From NCBI RefSeq assembly GCF_001194135.2, contig NC_068982.1, positions 34,004,290 to 34,055,230 on the forward strand: DNA of 50,941 bases. The letters are read 5' to 3'. Origin of the DNA: Octopus bimaculoides (taxonomy: Eukaryota). The translations under genes were made by a program, and so were the position numbers. How positions within the stretch are numbered: position 1 is the first letter of the stretch; each line of letters starts with the position of its first letter. This document shows positions 32,393-45,144 of this stretch, piece by piece. The notes below the pieces were generated by a model. The model saw nothing but the letters and a program-made list of their open reading frames with translations, made no database searches and was not told the DNA's origin.

Positions 32393-33511
32393 GTGAGGTC
32401 CTCCACTTCTGCACAGAAATACCGATTTTGTTTCTAAAGAATTTGTTTTTCAAATTTTATCAAAATAATCGTAATCTGCACATTCAAATTCTGAGAATAT
32501 CTTGTTGTTCCCACATACAAATTGTTCTCCAAATATAAGCTCTCGGAATTTATATAATCAGTCTTTTCTTCCAAAGTTGATCAGCAATTTGAAACTTTAA
32601 GAAATCTATTTTAACATCAGTAATTTCCTGTAAATTTGGAATTATGAAATAATCGCGGAAAGTCAGTTAAATTTGATTGTTGTTACTAATGGCGGAAAAA
32701 ATTAAAATGTAAGCCAATCGCGTAGGATTTGAATGAAAAAATACGGAGAACTAGACACTACAAAGCATTTAACTTGTTTCAACACTGTATGATCCAAAAA
32801 AGATTAGTAGCAAGAAATCAAGTAAGTTATTCCTAGAGTTTATTACTTTGTCTATAGATTGACTCTTATGAATCGTGTCGAGAGTATGTAGCTCATTAAT
32901 CTACGCTTATTAATCTTCAACATTATTTGAGAAGAATTTCAGCCAACGGAAGATCGTTTATTTATTTAGTTATTTTGTAAATGTTGCGCTGCATCCGAGT
33001 TTCAATGTCAGTTGGTTCAGTTTCAAATATTTTCTGATAAAATAATGACGTCTTACAAAGGCACAAGGCCACAAATTTATGGGTGGAAGGAGTCGATTAT
33101 ATCGATTCCAATACTTGATTGGTACTTTATCGACTCTGGACGGCTGAAAGACCGAGTGGATATCAGCGAGATTTGAACTTTGAACTTCTCCGACACCCTA
33201 ATAATTCTGCCAATCCATCAGCCTTTATGATGTAAAATAATAGAGATTATTCAATTTATACGGTTCTTTGTGAGATAAAAACACGAGAATGTTTTATCTC
33301 TTTAATTTTTATGAAAAACGACGTAATTTTGTTTATGATGTAAAATAATGGAAGTAATTTCATTATTATTATTTTTTTTAGTATGATACAAGAATATTTT
33401 ATTTATTTCTTTTTATGACGTAATACACTGAATATATATATTTTTTCAATGGTCGGAAGTTAAACAAACAGAAAATGAGGCATTGCAGACATTAAAAAAT
33501 ATAATGAGCAT

Positions 33512-34290
33512 GCTCTTGATTGAGTTGCGGATCTGTCATGCCTTCTTTGGTCATGGAGATGAAGGGCTCTTCCATTGTGATGACTACTGCTTTGTCTCAG
33601 GGCCATACCCGTAGACCCAATTCTCATCACTGGTGAGGATCCTCAACATGAAGAATGGGTTATCAGCAGCATGCTGGCGGAGATCTTGACAGACTTCGAT
33701 ACGATGTTCTTTCTGCTTAGTGGTCAGAAGGCAGGCAACAAACTTGGCAGAAACATGCTGCATGTTTAACTCAGACATTAGGATTGCCTGCATCGATCCA
33801 TAAGACAGACCAACAACATCAGCAATCTCATTGATTGTCCTCCGACAATGCTCATGCATAAGCTGATGAATTTTCTCCAGATTTCCGGTGGGAGGTGACA
33901 CTCGTGACAGGTCTTCCAGATCACTCATCGTCTTCCAAGGATATTCTTCTGCTTTTGAAGCGCCTGTGCCACTTGAAATATTGTGTACAACCCATTGCCT
34001 TGTTACCATCAGCTTGCTGACATACTCAATGTCTCTGTAGCAGACTTCCCATGTTTAATGCAAAATTTCCCGTTGGCTCTTTATTCCTGTCCATGACAAA
34101 ATCACAGACTACAGCATACACATGATCACAAAAACACAAATTTCACAACTTGTGAAGTAAACAGAGTGATGTCACTTGGCATACTCCCTCATGGAGATCA
34201 CTGCTAGCTCTCACTGTGCACACAACCATGTGTTGCTATCTGTTGGCGTGCTACAGAACTAGTCCAGGAACTTTTTGATACTACCTCGAG
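33512..34290 (-). mobile_element. Mariner transposon, 3'-truncated and decayed
   Basis: ORF 33584-34009 has an HTH region, SAKFVACLLT (cf. AKFVPRLLT) and ILTSDENWVYGYGPETKQ (cf. ITGDETWVYGYDPETK). TIR-like TA-CTCGAGGTAGTATCAAAAAGTTCCTGGACT at the 34290 end. Confidence 0.88.
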
Positions 34291-34846
34291 TATATATAGG
34301 TGTATATTATCCAAAATGTATAGTATTAAATATCCATCACGGCTGATCTTACCAATCGGTTTCATATAAAGAATACAATGGAGTGTTGGCGCTCATCAGA
34401 GTTAGCAGATATAGAAGGGAATATGGCGACGGCTCTCTATTGTTGGAGATGGATTAGCACAGGCACTAAAAAAAAAAAGATAGAGAGGGGAAACCTCTAC
34501 ACACGGACCAGGAGTACAATCTAGGGAGAAAGTCATGTGCATCTATAAGTAAACAGTAAGGGTGGAGGCATAATTTTTTTGCAAGCTGGACACTGTTTAT
34601 AACGTACATTAAGATTCAGAAAATTTACTATAATTATTATTATCAATGCACCGTAAGCCACATAATATTACAGATTAATGTTTCAAGCTATATATTATCA
34701 TATAAACATCGTAGGAGTATATGAAAAAACCATACTGTCCTGTTCTAACAGGATAGTATGTTCTGTCCTGTTCTAATTAGTATTTATACTAATCTAATCC
34801 ATATGCACATATATATATATGTAGTGAAACTCGCACGGTCGTTCCT

Positions 34847-34882
<36 letters not shown>

Positions 34883-35621
34883 NNNNNNNNNNNNNNNNNN
34901 NNNNNNNNNNNNNNNNNNNNNNNNNNNNNNNNNNNNNNNNNNNNNNNNNNNNNNNNNNNNNNNNNNNNNNNNNNNNNNNNNNNNNNNNNNNNNNNNNNNN
35001 NNNNNNNNNNNNNNNNNNNGTGTTGTTCCTGTTTTTAAGGCAGGAACTCCTTGAAATTTTGGGTATTTGAGTATATTTAAAAATTTAAGCAATGGAGAAA
35101 ACGCATGTTATAATTGCATACTATATTCCTACATATGTTTCAAAGGATTACAACCTATGTGATCCATAGGGGTCTGTGATATTAAAATTGTAACCTTCTC
35201 ATCAGGGAAAGCATGGGAATCATCTTAAACGTAAGACATTATGACCGAGTATGAAAACAATAGATGGATAAGGTTATGACGTGATTCATTTAAAAAAAAA
35301 CCGTTAGAGAATTGGACGCTGCCGGATAGTAGGTTGGACAACACATACATATAAATGTGTGAAAACATACAGGCATACATAAATACATATACACAAATAC
35401 ACATACATACATACATACATATACACACATATATACACATATCGTGGATCTGGATTCAGCCCAGAATGTTTTTAATTTACTCATGGAGTTGGCCTGATTC
35501 CAAATGGTATATGTTGGGCTACAGCCTCTAGGAGTAAAGTTGAAAAAGTGTGACACACTGACATTCGCATTTATTATATTATATAGGTGAACTGCGATAT
35601 GGCGAGTGATTACTGTATGAT

Positions 35622-35653
<32 letters not shown>

Positions 35654-35679
35654 CGTACATACATATATCTATATCTATA

Positions 35680-35832
35680 TCATCATCATCATTATTTAAC
35701 GTCCGCTTTCCATGCTAGCATGGGTTGGACGATTTGACTGGGGACTAGCGAACCAGATAGCTACACCAGACTCCAATCTGATCTGGCAGAGTTTCTACAG
35801 CTGGATGCCCTTCCTAACGCCAACCATTCCGA
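35680..35832 (-). mobile_element. (GAT)n-tailed SINE copy running into an N gap
   Basis: Same family as 10040-10340. Confidence 0.75.
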
Positions 35833-36249
35833 NNNNNNNNNNNNNNNNNNNNNNNNNNNNNNNNNNNNNNNNNNNNNNNNNNNNNNNNNNNNNNNNNNNN
35901 NNNNNNNNNNNNNNNNNNNNNNNNNNNNNNNNNNNNNNNNNNNNNNNNNNNNNNNNNNNNNNNNNNNNNNNNNNNNNNNNNNNNNNNNNNNNNNNNNNNN
36001 NNNNNNNNNNNNNNNNNNNNNNNNNNNNNNNNNNNNNNNNNNNNNNNNNNNNNNNNNNNNNNNNNNNNNNNNNNNNNNNNNNNNNNNNNNNNNNNNNNNN
36101 NNNNNNNNNNNNNNNNNNNNNNNNNNNNNNNNNNNNNNNNNNNNNNNNNNNNNNNNNNNNNNNNNNNNNNNNNNNNNNNNNNNNNNNNNNNNNNNNNNNN
36201 NNNNNNNNNNNNNNNNNNNNNNNNNNNNATATATATATATATATATATA

Positions 36250-39200
36250 AGGGTTGAAATTTATTGCAACGGCTTGTTGTAAGATGTGAAAGATGAACAA
36301 TGCATGAAGTTTTAAGGAAATATTTATTTTTTACTGTTACATTGTACATACCTTGCCTCAACAGGCAGGTGATAAAATCATAGAGCATGCGAAGTAAAAA
36401 AGTTAATTTCGACCTGTGTGTTCTTATTGTAGTAGTAAACCATAGAGAGAGATATGGTAATGTGCAGAGAAGAGAAAGTGAGTTAGTGAAAGTGAGAGAG
36501 TGAGGGTCGAAACAACTGCTTTGTTGGCAAGATACCATAGTTGTTCTCTTTGCCCTCTTCTTTTTGCAATGTCATTTTGTTTAGCCTGTCTGCAGACTCC
36601 ATTCTCACTAACTGAGTTATCACCAAGTGACTAACTGATTAAGTTGTCACTGAGTAACTGAGTTGTCACCAAGTGACTAACAGATTTTTGCTTGGGGGGG
36701 TTCTTGTTTTTATAACTATCCAGAAGGATAGACATATCGTTGAGAACAACAGATTTAGTTGGTGGTACTTGTTATCTTAATACTAGCTTTTGGTGGTTTA
36801 AAAGAAGTTAGAAGGGTCAAGTGGTGAAGACATTATTTCGGTCTCGCTGAAGCAATCTGGCAAAAGTAAAACTGCTGTCACAGAAAAAAACCATTGTTCC
36901 ACTGTGAGAAAAGTTCTGTTGAACTGTTAATTTAAATTTGGCTATGGTGGATGGATCAAATCCACTTCATGCCTGCAAGATCCACTATATCACTCCCTCC
37001 CCAGTGAAGTTCTGGGAAAGGAAACGAATGATTGAAGGAGAGGAGGAAATGCATTGTTGAGGAGAAATTTCGCATTTGAGGAGAGAAGATCATTGAAGTG
37101 TATACGGAACAGTTTTTTATTCAGATTAGTTTGAATAGCGGTATCCCTTTGCATACCAAAATGTGTGCAGTCAGTGACTGTGCAGTACAGCAAATGAGCA
37201 CATGTGTGCAGGTGCACGTTTCGAAATTGACCATAAAATAAGCTCAGGTGAGTGAGTGAGTGTATTCTCAATCTGTGATATGAAAGATCTTCCTGCAGGG
37301 TTGCAGTGTGTGAAATGCTTGGAATGTTTTTACAAAGTGAAATGCATCTGGTGCTGTTGTCGTGGTTAATTGCTGAGGTTTAGCAAGGATGACAGTGTAA
37401 TCATGCAGGAGTGATGTGCAAGACAGATAATTTTCTCTGTTAATAACGTGATCTAACAGGGGGAAATTATGTCTAAACATGAGTGCAGAGCATGTGAACA
37501 TCCAATGTGAATCGAGTCGGAAAAATAATTGAGCTGGCACAAATGTGTTGCAAAACAAGGCAGTAGATCCATAATAGAGGTGCATGTGCATGTGTGCAAA
37601 AGGGCTTGCAAGGCTAAGGCAGAAATGCTTGTACATTGATTACAAATACAGTGTACAGTATTGAATATGCCAGTGATTAAAGCAGTGTTGAATATGCCAA
37701 CCAGTGCATAAGGTATAATATGCCTCGGTCATGCAGGAGCAAAAGTGTGAAATGCTGGCACATTGTAAGGGACAAACAACTTTCTCTATGTATATGTGAC
37801 TGCCCTAGGGTATTACAGAGACAAGTTGTGTCTACAAGGTACAGGGAGCATGAAAAACAAGTGAGAAAGGCATGGTGTGGTGCATGAATGTGACAGAGTT
37901 AGCATGCGTGTGTGTATGAACCATGTGTGCAGATGCATGTGCAAGGCTGAGGAAAGGTGCATGCAAAGAAAGAAATTGCAGACATTCAAAAGGAGAACAT
38001 TTAGCAAAAACCATGTAATAAAAACAGGTGAACAATGCATGTGCAATGCAAATATAAAAGGAAATAAGCAAAAATTGACAAACTTGGTTAGTAAGTGTTT
38101 TGGTCCTGAAAAGCTAAAAAGTAGCATTTGAAATGCAAAAATAGGTGCATGCAAAGTAAATTCAAATCTATGGCTGTCAAAAATGTTGCACATGTGTGCT
38201 CCCATATTTTCTTCCAGTTAGTTTCTGGGCATGTAGCTGTCAAAATGATGCATTTATTGGCTTCCATGGTCGGCAAATTCCTTGTGTGTTGGCTGTGTTG
38301 CATTGTTGTGGATTGCATCGCAGTATAGAGCTTTCTGTAGCAGGTCGAAGGAGGGTGCATCTTGGAGGTGACAAAGATTGTCATTCTTTTCCTTTGGTTT
38401 AGTGACTGTTGATATGAAGATTGTAGTTCTTTAGTTTGAAGTCAGCAAAATACAACAGCATGTAGCATCAGAAGGTAACAATTCTCTTTACCCGGGGTCA
38501 CCAATTTGTTGGCAATATAGCTTCAGAAAGCAGTAATTCCTTTGCTCAGGGTCGCCAGTTGTAAAGATAAAAATTACTTTTATAACAGTTGGGTCTCTAA
38601 TTTGTTGTAAGCGATGAAAGATGAACAATGCATGAAGTTTTAAGGAAATATTTATTTTTTACTGTTACATTGTACATACTTTGCCTCGACAGGCAGGTGA
38701 TAAAATCATAGAGCATGCAAAGTAAATAAGTTAATTTTGGCCTGTATGTTCTTATTGTAGTAGTAAACCATAGAGAGAGATATGGTAATGTGCAGAGAAG
38801 AGAAAGTGAGTTGGTGAAAGTAAGAGAGTGTGGGACGAAACAACTGCTTCGTTCGCGAGATACCATAGTTGTTCTCTTTGCCCTTTTCTTTTTACAATGG
38901 CATTTTGTTTAGCCTGTCAGCCAGACTCCGTATGCGAAGTAAAGTTAGATGTGGTAGATTTTCCTTGTATAGTTTTGTGTGCATGTTTTCTTTGCAGTGA
39001 TCCACAGATAGCGATGGAATGATGTTGTAAAAGAACAGAATTAGAGCTAGTGAAAGTTGTAGGGTCGTGGGAAGTTGTCTCATAATTACTGACAGTAAAT
39101 TTCATTTCTCCCTCTGACCATTATCTTTAGTAGCTGCCTTGTTTGTGATCATGATTCTAGCATTCTGCTCTCTAACTGATGGTAGCTGTCTCTGACTCAA

Positions 39201-39560
39201 GTTGTCATTCATTGATTGAGTTGTCACTAACTGGCTAACTGAACTGCCACCAAGTGATTAGCTGATTTTTGCTTGGGGGTTCTTGTTTTTATAACTATCC
39301 AGAAGAATAAACATATCGTTGAGAACAATAGATTTCGTTGGTGGTACTTGTTATCTTAATACTAGCTTTTGGTGGCTTATAAGAGGTTAGAAGGGTTAAA
39401 TGGTGAAGACATTATTTCGGTCTAGCTGGGGCAATCTGGCAAAAGTAAAACTGCTGTCACAGAAAAAAACCATTGTTTCACTGTGAGAAAAGTTCTGTTG
39501 AACTGTTAATTTAAATTTGGCTATGGTGAATCAAATCCACTTCATGCCTGCAAGATCCAT

Positions 39561-39564
<4 letters not shown>
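36250..39564 (-). mobile_element. Non-autonomous or internally deleted LTR retrotransposon with paired LTRs, PBS and PPT
   Basis: 5' LTR 39564-38560 (TGTA...TACA) is followed by AC-TGGCGACCC (PBS). PPT GGGGAGGGAG (37002-36993) abuts the 3' LTR (36992 to about 36250). The LTRs align at roughly 90% by eye, with a segment of about 240 bp present only in the 5' copy. No RT or integrase motifs recognised in the 1.55-kb interior. Confidence 0.8.
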
Positions 39565-39596
<32 letters not shown>

Positions 39597-39628
39597 CATA
39601 CATACATACATACATACATACATACATA

Positions 39629-40034
39629 CAGCAATACCTTGACTATCGCGGATATTATGTTCCAAAACCTCCCACAGTAGGTGAAAATTTGCAAAGTAAA
39701 AACAGTACTGTATTGTATATATATATTTTTTAATTATTTTTATAATTTGTATATATTTATTTTATTATAAATGTAAAAGAACACCGCACACTTGCCTCCC
39801 GAGTTTCATTTTCCATACAATATGTGCGCTTCTTTGTTTGCTCATCAATGGTAGACTACATATTTACTTTTAATATATTTTAGTTAATGTGTTATATGGT
39901 GCAGTACTGTACTATATTTTTATTTATTAATTTATTAATTTTTAGAAATGAAAATGCTGATTTTACCACAAAAATAATTAAAATTTAAAAAAATATAAAT
40001 TGGCTGCAGAAACCCACGATATACTGTGGAGTCT
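39629..40034. mobile_element. Tigger/pogo-type MITE
   Basis: Starts TA|CAGCAATACCTTGACTATCGCGG; the opposite end AAACCCACGATATACTGTGGAGTCT is a degenerate inverted counterpart cut by the N gap; AT-rich interior. Confidence 0.45.
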
Positions 40035-40185
40035 NNNNNNNNNNNNNNNNNNNNNNNNNNNNNNNNNNNNNNNNNNNNNNNNNNNNNNNNNNNNNNNNNN
40101 NNNNNNNNNNNNNNNNNNNNNNNNNNNNNNNNNNNNNNNNNNNNNNNNNNNNNNNNNNNNNNNNNNNNNNNNNNNNNNNNNNNNN

Positions 40186-40665
40186 GTCCACTCGTGACCG
40201 AGGAAGACCATTGCCGGCCTTCAGGAACATTCTGCGCTCTAGTACTAACTTACATTTTGCATTTATGGCTCCATTGGTGGCTAATGAACCCTGCTCTTGA
40301 TAAGCATATACGACTGCAAACATTGCAGATTAAGCTTTCCCCATTCACTATACGAGCCATACACTTTCGCGCAGCTCGCTTAAATTCTTCATGCTGGATA
40401 CGTGCTCTCTCCAAAGTGTTGATCCCCTCCTTAACCTGCTTCCTCCATCTGTGGCGATGACAGGCATTATTCTCCCAGTCAGTGTCCTGCATATCACAGG
40501 CCTTTAATGAGGACTTGACACAGTCCTTAAAGCGTAGCCTTGGTTTCTGTCGGAGTCTCCGAAGGATGGACCTAGTGCAGGCTCAACAGCTATCTAGCAA
40601 TAGCACGGGTATGCAGAAATTCCGGGATGGTGTGTCCGGCGTGCTGAAAGACCACTGGGAGTGAG
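40186..40665 (-). mobile_element. RTE-clade LINE 3' end
   Basis: Minus translation ...WENNACHRHRWRKQVKEG...CNVCSRICLSRAGFISHQWSH is the C-terminal C2H2-type motif of RTE ORFs, followed by ATGGTCTTCCTCGGTCACGAG. Confidence 0.8.
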
Positions 40666-41019
40666 GCGCCCCTCACCTTTATATACATACATACATACAT
40701 TCCCACCCCACTCATACACACACGCATATATATGAAGTGATTCATTGGTTTAAAACTGTCAGAAAGTGACTGGAAGGATCTCAGCAAAATTTACATTGAA
40801 GATAAAACATTTTCATCATGAAAACTTATTTCACAGAAAATCTCCAACAGAATTCTACATGGTGCCTCACAAGCAGATGCTTCTTTTCCTCTTTTCCAGT
40901 TCAGATCATCTTGTGCTCATAAGTCTTCTTTCTATGTTTTGAGTATGTGTTCCAATGATAAGGTTAACAAAATGCTGACTGTATATATATATATATATAC
41001 ATATATGTATATGTTTGTG

Positions 41020-41205
41020 TGTCTGTTTGTCCCCCCAACCATCACTTGACAACCCGATGCTGGTGTGTTTATGTCCCTGTAACTTAGCGGTTCAGCAAAA
41101 ATGACTGATAGAATAAGTACTAGGCTTACAAAGAATAAGTCCTGGGGTCGATTTGGTCGACTAAAGGCATAGCCACAGTCAAATGACTGAAACAAATAAA
41201 AGGAA
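41020..41205 (+). mobile_element. SINE 3' segment (related copies at 13320-13480, 16240-16460, and on minus at 47985-48150)
   Basis: Shared GTAACTTAGCGGTTCAGCAAAA...GAATAAGTAC...GGGGTCGATTTG...GACTAAA...ATGACTGAAACAA in four places. Confidence 0.7.
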
Positions 41206-44200
41206 AATATATGTGTGTGTGTGTGTGCGTATGACTGTCTTCTTACATCCACAGGCACAAGTGCCAGAAAGGTGACGCTGGGCTCAGGTGCCATCACGAT
41301 TTCGCTTTCGCTTGCCCCAACAGGTCTTCGCAAGCAGAGTTTAGTGTCCAATGAAGGAAAGGAAAGGAACGCATATATATATATATATATATATATAAAA
41401 TAGAATTATATGGTTTATCCCTGTTGTTTGCAATTTTTGGCATATTTTTGTGTTATTGTCTATTTTCTAATGATCTTTTTTTTTTTGTATGCTTTAAAAT
41501 AAGTGTTCTATGTGAATGACATTATCAACTATACAGGTTTCTTTTGAACAATCTGTCCAAAACACATTGCCCAAAGTGATCATGGTGGTTGGTGGTGGTG
41601 ATAATGAATGATGATTTTCATGTGAATGTTTGTGTTTACTATTGAAATACATCATTATATTCCAGTGTTACTTAACTCAACAAATCCGTAATGAAATAAA
41701 GCATTTTCAAATGTTGCTGAAATCAAAAAGATTTATACAGTTGATCTTTGTTCCAGATTTTATTTCATTTAATTTTTATATAAGAAAAAACAAACTTTGT
41801 TCTTTTTTTTATCCACAACCATTAGTAACAATTCATTAGAAAAAAGTAATATGTACAACATTATTTGGAAAATGTTTTAATTTACAGCAACAAAAAAAAC
41901 CATATAATGCAAAATAGTGCTGTTATTTCTTCTTTTTAATTTAAAGATGAATGACATTTAATTAACTTGTATTTTCTAATTACAATATATTTATTAATAT
42001 TGCATTAAACTAAATTGTAAATGAGTTTAAAGAATTTTGAAACTAATAATTGCTAACCAATTCATCTGTGAAAAATGAAAAATAATTTGATCAGTAAATG
42101 TCTGTGGAATTTCCTCCTTAGCAAGTACACAAATTAAGCATTTACTTAGCATTTTCCCCTGTTTAAGGATATTATTGGCACTACTACTTATCTTCAATTT
42201 TATTTCCTTTATTGTCTTGTTAATAATCCTTGAAGTCTAAGAGTTTTAAACAGTGTAAATGACTGTTATGATGTTTATGCCTTGTCCAAGGAAATTAGCC
42301 ACGCAAATGAAGGAAAAATATACATAAGTAGTACTGAAACCAGATTGAAAATACAACTTGCCAGGAGCTTATCACTACTCTATGGTGCTTATTCTTTTAT
42401 TAATGCTATAACATAAAAAGAAACTATTCAGGCTATAAAGCATAGTTTTCCACATAGATTGTCTAATATTCTTTTTTAACAAAATAAGAATGAACAAAGT
42501 TATTTACAAGTATAATTTTTTTATAGAGCAAAAACGTTGAGTATATCAGAAAATTATGAATTTTAGATATGGAAGGCATATTATTTTTATTATTGACTTT
42601 CATCATAATCTTATTACATGTAAAAAATATTATATGTAACATTCTTTTCGCGGTAATAGAAGTATTAGGAGAATTTCAACAGTGATTAATTTTACAAGAA
42701 AATACTATTATAATTAACAAACAATTGAAGGCATCAAGTTGGCAGAATTTTTGGAGTATACTTTGCAGTATTTCTTCCAGCACTTTGTCTTCTGAGTTCA
42801 AATCCTTCTGAGGCCAACTTTCCAAATTTGCTTTTCATCCCTTTTGAGTCAATAACCAAAAGTACCATTCAAGTACCAGGATCAATATAATCAACTAAAC
42901 CTTTCCCCTCAAAATGCCTAAATCAAAAATAATTATTATTAAGTCTAGCATAAGTACAGAGTAGCAGAAATAGTAACTGACTTACAGTGCTGTATGATCA
43001 CTAAAAGCAATGTGAAAATTGAAGGACATAGTGGAATTGATGGGATACAAGCAAGAAAACCTCGAACTGATCCATATCTTGGTAATGAAATTGGTGAGCA
43101 AGAAATTTAATCAGTTTAACACTACAACCAGGTCTTTTGAGAGCCCTTTATCAGGGTTCACTCTGTGACTCTTCAGTCTGTAAATCACAAACGAAGGTTT
43201 CTTTCACCCCACCTCTATCAATCTCAAAAGCTCTATAAAAAGGTTATGCGGCTTTCCTAACTCCTTTGACAAAGTCATATAAAATATTTGATAAGCAAAT
43301 GCAGCAAATCAACTCAGAAGGAATATAAAAAAATGTCATGGTTGATAATATTGAATGGACAGTCAGTGAAAATGATTTGGAAAATATAGTTTAGAAAGAG
43401 CATAAAACCTCTAGAACAATTGAATCTGCAGACGTGGAAACCGTTTTAGTATTTCAAAATCCAGTGCAATCATGTAATAGAGCATTTGAACTCATACAAT
43501 AGAACATTTGAAGAAACAGAACCACAAGCATTTTTTTCTGATGTTCTGCTGGCTTGCCACCTTAAAAAAAATAATAGTTTCAAATTTTGGGCACAAGGCT
43601 CGCCAGCAATTTTAGCAGAAGAGGGTAAGTCAATTACATAAATCCCAATGCTTATCTAGACCTTATTTTATCAACTTTGAAAGGATAAAAGGCAAATTTG
43701 ACCTTAGCAGAATTTAAACTCAGACATAAAGAGCTGGAAGAAATATGGCTCAGCATTCTATCCAACATGCTAATAATTCTGCCATCTCACTGTCTAATAA
43801 TAATTGTCTCTATTCACTTTGTGATTCTTGTACATCACTGTAATTCACTCTTTGTCTAACAAAAGACATGGATCAAAACTATAAAGATGAAATTAAATAC
43901 AGGAGACTATACAGTCTCAGCCATACCCACTATCTGAAGTTATAATAATAATTGCTGACATAAGCACAGTGCCTGAATTTTGAGAGGAAGGGAGCAGTCA
44001 ATTATACCACATGCAATACTTCAATGTTACTTTGTTTCAATCCCAGAGGGATCTGCCTTCATAATAATAGTAATAATAGTTACAAAGCCTGAAATATTGG
44101 GGGAGCAATCCCAGTGCTCAAGTGGTGCTTATTTTATTTTATTGTAACTGAAAGGATGAAAGGCAAAGTATAACTCAATGATATTTGAACTTAGAACATA

Positions 44201-45144
44201 AAGCTAGAAGAAATATCAAGCATTTTGTCTGACACAAATGATTCTGGCAGCTCACCTCTCAAATACAAATAATTCAAAATTTAGGCACAAGGTATAAATT
44301 TTGGGGAGGGAGCAAGCCAATGACATCATCCTCAGTACTTGATTGGTACTTATTTTATCCACCCCACAGGATGAAAGGCAAAGTTAATCTTAGCAAAACT
44401 TGAACTTAAAAGCCAGAAGAAATGCCGCTAAGCATTTTGTCTGACATGCTAACAATTTTTCCAACTACTACTACTACTAATAATAATAATAATCCTTTCT
44501 ACAATAGGTACAAGGCCTGAAATTTTGGGGGAGGGCGTTAGTCGATTACATCGACCCCACTGTTTGACTGGTACTCATTTTATCGACATCAAAAGAATGA
44601 AAGGTAAAGTTGACCTCGGCAGAATTTGAACTCAGATGAAATGCCACTAAGCATTTTGCTCAGCATGCTAACAATTCTGCCAGCTCACTGCCTTAAATAA
44701 TAATAATAATTGACATGAGAACAGAGCATCCCACCACCACCGCCATCAAAAGAAAAATGCTCTATTGGGGACAGCTAGGATTTTGAGATTGATACTTAGG
44801 TTTTGAGTATCTTCCATAAACCTTATAATTTGTAAAAAGAGACCCTATGAGACCTTTGACAACAGGATGTTGTCCACTCTCACAAAATTAACCAGAGCAA
44901 GTAACATCTGAGATGTGGAATATAATAATAAAACTTACATGGATTTTTAGATTGCTGTTTGCAGATTTTTCTATTTATGAAAATATTTTGACTGGTTACT
45001 TTCAATTGTTCAGCATTTGTATGACAGACAGAGATGTATACAACTGGCTGTTGTCTTTAAGCCTGTTCATCTCAACTAAATAATGCTGCTATTAGTGGTT
45101 ATATTAGATTATGTTAATGTATGATGAGACAGAAATCCAATAAC

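Noticed and set aside
43100-43530. Partly open reading frames suggestive of a decayed pseudogene
   Set aside because: Several stops and no identifiable family; insufficient to call.
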